Below, one piece after another: positions 60,821 to 64,000 of a stretch of 64,000 bases of DNA. The notes below the pieces were generated by a model. It did not search any database and was not told the DNA's origin. It saw only the letters and a program-made list of their open reading frames with translations. Position 1 is the first letter of the stretch, and every line of letters starts with the position of its first letter. This DNA comes from Planctomycetota bacterium (GTDB lineage: Bacteria > Planctomycetota > Planctomycetia > Pirellulales > Pirellulaceae): positions 11,289 to 75,288 of the forward strand of contig JBKDXO010000126.1 in the NCBI GenBank assembly GCA_046306195.1, written 5' to 3'. Made by a program: the position numbers and the translations under genes.

Positions 60821-62485
60821 TCAATCAGGCTGGGTCAATCGCAACATACGAATCAGGAGCATCGCACTCGCCACGGCGCAAACCGCTGCGCCGACATACC
60901 AGCCACGTGGAGTCAGATCGTAGGAATCGAAACCAGGCGCATTGATCTCGGACAGTGCGGTCGCGGCCGGGTTCAGCAAAAGTGCATTCTCCACGAGGAC
61001 AGGCCCGAACGGACTCCCCCGAAACACCCAAATCAACATCGTTCCAGCAAACAGAACCAAAATCACCGTGTAGCTTGTGGCCGTAGCGACCGAAGTCGAT
61101 TTCGAAAACGCGCTCACGCATACACTGATGCAGGTAATCATAGCGGTCGCGACCCCAAGAGACACCAAAACGTTCGCAACCTGCCCGCTAACCGACGGCT
61201 GCACATACGCCATCGTGACATAGCCAGGCAGTGTTGCGCCGAGCAGCAAAAGCAGCGTTAGGGCAACGCTCAACACTTTGCCCGTCAGGATTCGCCAAGC
61301 CGAGATGGGAGCCGCCCGCAACAACTGCCATCCTCCACTCTCGATCTCCGACGCGATTGCATTGGCTCCCAGGCTAGGCCCCAAAAGCAGCAGCAACCCG
61401 ATTTGCATGATGACCAGCGAGGCAGCGATCCGATCGACTCCCCAAGTGACTGTACCGGTCGTTGCGATCACCGCCAAAACGAGCGAAGCAATCGCACAGA
61501 CCGAAACCAATCGCAGCAACCAATGCAACCGACCAAATCGCCGCGTGCGAAAATCTTTGACCATCACCGGATTGAGCCAGGGAGGAATGCTCGCTTTCCG
61601 TCGTTTGGGATCGACCAGAAACAAGATTCGACGCCACCAGGATAACCTCTCGGACTCGAGCACCTTTCCAACTGGTCTAGCGCGATCCAAGAGAATGGGA
61701 TCCAATCTTCGAATCGTCGAGATCGACAATACCGCCGCGATCACCACCGAAACGAGTACGAATTGCAACCATCCCGACTCAAACCCCAACGCTCGGGAGT
61801 AGCCCTGAAAATCGGTGATACTCTGCAATGCGGGGATCGGTGACAGGGTGGTTATAGCCTGGATGACCATTCCCTCGATTCCGGTCCGGCTACCGACCAG
61901 TACGCTCGGCCCGATCGACAACAAGGACAAACAGAGGATGGCTGCGTAAGTCGACCGCAAACTCGCTTCGGTCGAACTCGAACGAGCGCTGATCCATAAT
62001 CCGATTGCTGAATACTGGAGAGTCATGCCAAACAAAATAAGCAGCAACGGAAAGATATGCCCGACGATCGATACACCACCCATTGCATAGCATGCGAACA
62101 TCGACGGCAAACTCACGGAAAACAGGATGCATCCCAGCAGAAGATTCCCCAGCAATTTACCGACGAAAACTTGCGTGGTTGAAGTTGGCGAGTTCAGCAG
62201 CAGCATCAAGGTGCCTCGTCGTCGTTCTCCGACGATCGCAGTGGCTGGAAACGCGGGAACCAAAACCATGACCGCGCTCGCGATGGCAAACGCGACGGGG
62301 CGAAAAATCTGCATCGCTCCTTGGCTCGCCAGATCGATGGTTGCATCGCTAGGCCAACGCAAAACCACCAGGCAACACGACACCACCGCGATGGAGATCG
62401 CAGCGAGCACGGTCTTAATGCCGCGCAGGCTCCCAAGCAATTCCTTTCGCAAGATCGGATTTTGCAATACCAAAGAGTCGGTCAC
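60821..62485 (-). CDS. ABC-2 type permease (tandem duplicated permease domains)
   Basis: NPILRKEL...IVGERRRGTLMLL...GKL and a second unit NPVMVKDF...IASEIESGGWQLL...GKV. Confidence 0.85.
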   Translation of the reverse strand: MTDSLVLQNPILRKELLGSLRGIKTVLAAISIAVVSCCLVVLRWPSDATIDLASQGAMQIFRPVAFAIASAVMVLVPAFPATAIVGERRRGTLMLLLNSPTSTTQVFVGKLLGNLLLGCILFSVSLPSMFACYAMGGVSIVGHIFPLLLILFGMTLQYSAIGLWISARSSSTEASLRSTYAAILCLSLLSIGPSVLVGSRTGIEGMVIQAITTLSPIPALQSITDFQGYSRALGFESGWLQFVLVSVVIAAVLSISTIRRLDPILLDRARPVGKVLESERLSWWRRILFLVDPKRRKASIPPWLNPVMVKDFRTRRFGRLHWLLRLVSVCAIASLVLAVIATTGTVTWGVDRIAASLVIMQIGLLLLLGPSLGANAIASEIESGGWQLLRAAPISAWRILTGKVLSVALTLLLLLGATLPGYVTMAYVQPSVSGQVANVLVSLGVATAMITCISVCVSAFSKSTSVATATSYTVILVLFAGTMLIWVFRGSPFGPVLVENALLLNPAATALSEINAPGFDSYDLTPRGWYVGAAVCAVASAMLLIRMLRLTQPD

Positions 62486-63462
62486 ATCGAATCATTGGGG
62501 CTAGAGGAATCGTTCGCAGAGGCCACGGTGAGGAACGCATCTTCCAAATCGCTCGCCATCTCGCGGAATTGAGATACTGCGACCCCTGACTGAACCAGTT
62601 GTTGCAGTACCTTCGCCATTTCCAACTCCGACCGAGATGTCGGAAACCGCAGAGTTCGTTCTGCCTCACTCGTGTGAATTGACTCGGAGTTCTCCAGGAG
62701 CGATGTCAAGGTTTTTTTTGCGATTGCGAGTTGAGCCTCGTGGGCCAATTGCACTTCGTAGCTTCGTTGCGGGCACAAGCGTTCCATCACGGAGTCCAAG
62801 GTTCCAAAGGCTCTCAGTTTCCCGCCCGTCATAATCGCGACCATATTGCAGATACGGGCAAGTTCGGGCAGGATGTGGCTCGTCACGATCAAGGTTTTGC
62901 CGGCCGCTGCCAAATTCAAGAGCAATTCCCGCATCTCAATGCGAGCTTTCGGATCCAAGCCATTCGCAGGCTCGTCGAGAATCAGCACCTCGGGGTCATG
63001 CAGCAAAGTGCGAGCGATTCCGACTCGTTGCTGCATGCCATGGCTAAGGCTTTCGACGTACTTGTCTCTCATCGAAGCCGTGTGCGTGATGTTGAGAACT
63101 TCCTCAATCCGGTCGCGGCGCTTCGCAGGCGCCATGCGAAAGATGGCACCAAAGAAATCAAGATATTCGTGCACTCGCATATTGTCGTACGAACCAAATC
63201 GATCCGGCATGTAGCCGACCAATTGCTTGATGCGAGATGCATTTCTGCTGCAATCCACTCCGGCGATCGCAGCGGAGCCTGTTGTCGGCTTGGACAACCC
63301 CACAAGGATCTTGATCGTTGTCGTTTTCCCAGCGCCATTGGGACCGATGAAACCCAGAATCTGGCCTCGCTCTACCTGAATCGAAAGCTGGTCCAAGGCC
63401 GTGAAATCACCATAGCGTTTGGTCAATTGATTGGTTTCAACTACAACATCAGGCATTTTCAT
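62482..63462 (-). CDS. ABC transporter ATP-binding protein
   Basis: GPNGAGKTT, LSHGMQQR and ILDEPANGLDP. The stop overlaps the permease start. Confidence 0.93.
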   Translation of the reverse strand: MKMPDVVVETNQLTKRYGDFTALDQLSIQVERGQILGFIGPNGAGKTTTIKILVGLSKPTTGSAAIAGVDCSRNASRIKQLVGYMPDRFGSYDNMRVHEYLDFFGAIFRMAPAKRRDRIEEVLNITHTASMRDKYVESLSHGMQQRVGIARTLLHDPEVLILDEPANGLDPKARIEMRELLLNLAAAGKTLIVTSHILPELARICNMVAIMTGGKLRAFGTLDSVMERLCPQRSYEVQLAHEAQLAIAKKTLTSLLENSESIHTSEAERTLRFPTSRSELEMAKVLQQLVQSGVAVSQFREMASDLEDAFLTVASANDSSSPNDSM

Positions 63463-63470
63463 CAAGCCGA

Positions 63471-64000
63471 TCAGGGAGGGACGATTACGTTCGTCTGTGG
63501 GACATTCCAAGGATGCTTGGGAAGCACTGTACCGCGAACCGAAAGACGCAAATGCCCAATGCGCCACGGAAGCGAACCGCCGACCACTCGGTCTTTCGAA
63601 ACGTCGATTCGCAGCACGATTTTTCCGTTCCTCGCAGCTCGCAGTACCTCTGGCGTCTCCAGTGTAGCTTTCCAGGGGATCGAGGGTGCATCGAGGGATA
63701 CCAGTTCAATCGGCTCCGTGCGATCGGGATGCACCAAGGACAAACGGACCTGGCGTCTGGGCGCTTCGACATCCCAGTCGATTTGAATCGATTTAGGATC
63801 CAAGGGAACCACCTCGTCCGGAAGCACAAACAACACATTGGTCTCCGCCGCGCTGGACGATTGCGCGATCCATTTTCCGACACCTTCCATGAATAGCGGA
63901 GCCGATTCTCCCAACGCCGCATTGCGGATCGTGATGCAAGGATAGGGTACGAACACTTCATCACCAGCGTTCGCTCTTTGCAATACCAGGGGCATCGAAA
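63471..64000 (-). CDS. Hypothetical protein, C-terminal part only (5' end outside window)
   Basis: Open frame running to the right edge and ending just before the ABC ATPase start, on the same strand. Confidence 0.6.
   Translation of the reverse strand, partial: SMPLVLQRANAGDEVFVPYPCITIRNAALGESAPLFMEGVGKWIAQSSSAAETNVLFVLPDEVVPLDPKSIQIDWDVEAPRRQVRLSLVHPDRTEPIELVSLDAPSIPWKATLETPEVLRAARNGKIVLRIDVSKDRVVGGSLPWRIGHLRLSVRGTVLPKHPWNVPQTNVIVPP

Overview
Gene-dense bacterial chromosome segment, about 55 genes, mostly housekeeping. Taxonomy is inferred as Planctomycetota (Pirellulaceae-like) from a DUF1559 prepilin-type protein, two PQQ-type beta-propellers and lineage-typical hypothetical proteins. 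Recognisable genes include folK, suhB, a HesB/IscA protein, fabZ, trmL, moaA, truD, trpS, pyrD, sucC/sucD, uxaE, rhaB, aroK, rplU, a UvrD/PcrA helicase, a K+-independent membrane pyrophosphatase and several ABC transporters. I recognised no rRNA, tRNA, CRISPR array, transposase or integrase. Main points for follow-up: (1) a 32-codon ORF missed by the ORF track that resembles ribosomal protein bL37; (2) a minimal tadA-tadB-tadC module followed directly by a 1.3-kaa EssC/EccC-like FtsK ATPase; (3) a probable cobalamin riboswitch ahead of a pilin-like DUF1559 gene and an ECF S-component-like transporter; (4) an SdpA/SdpB-like HTTM gene pair with no visible substrate; (5) a decayed cytochrome P450; (6) three unrelated tandem duplications that all have a 16-bp period; (7) a REP/MITE-like inverted repeat. 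All family names come from motif recognition by eye, not database searches. Many starts were moved inward from the ORF track to more plausible start codons.
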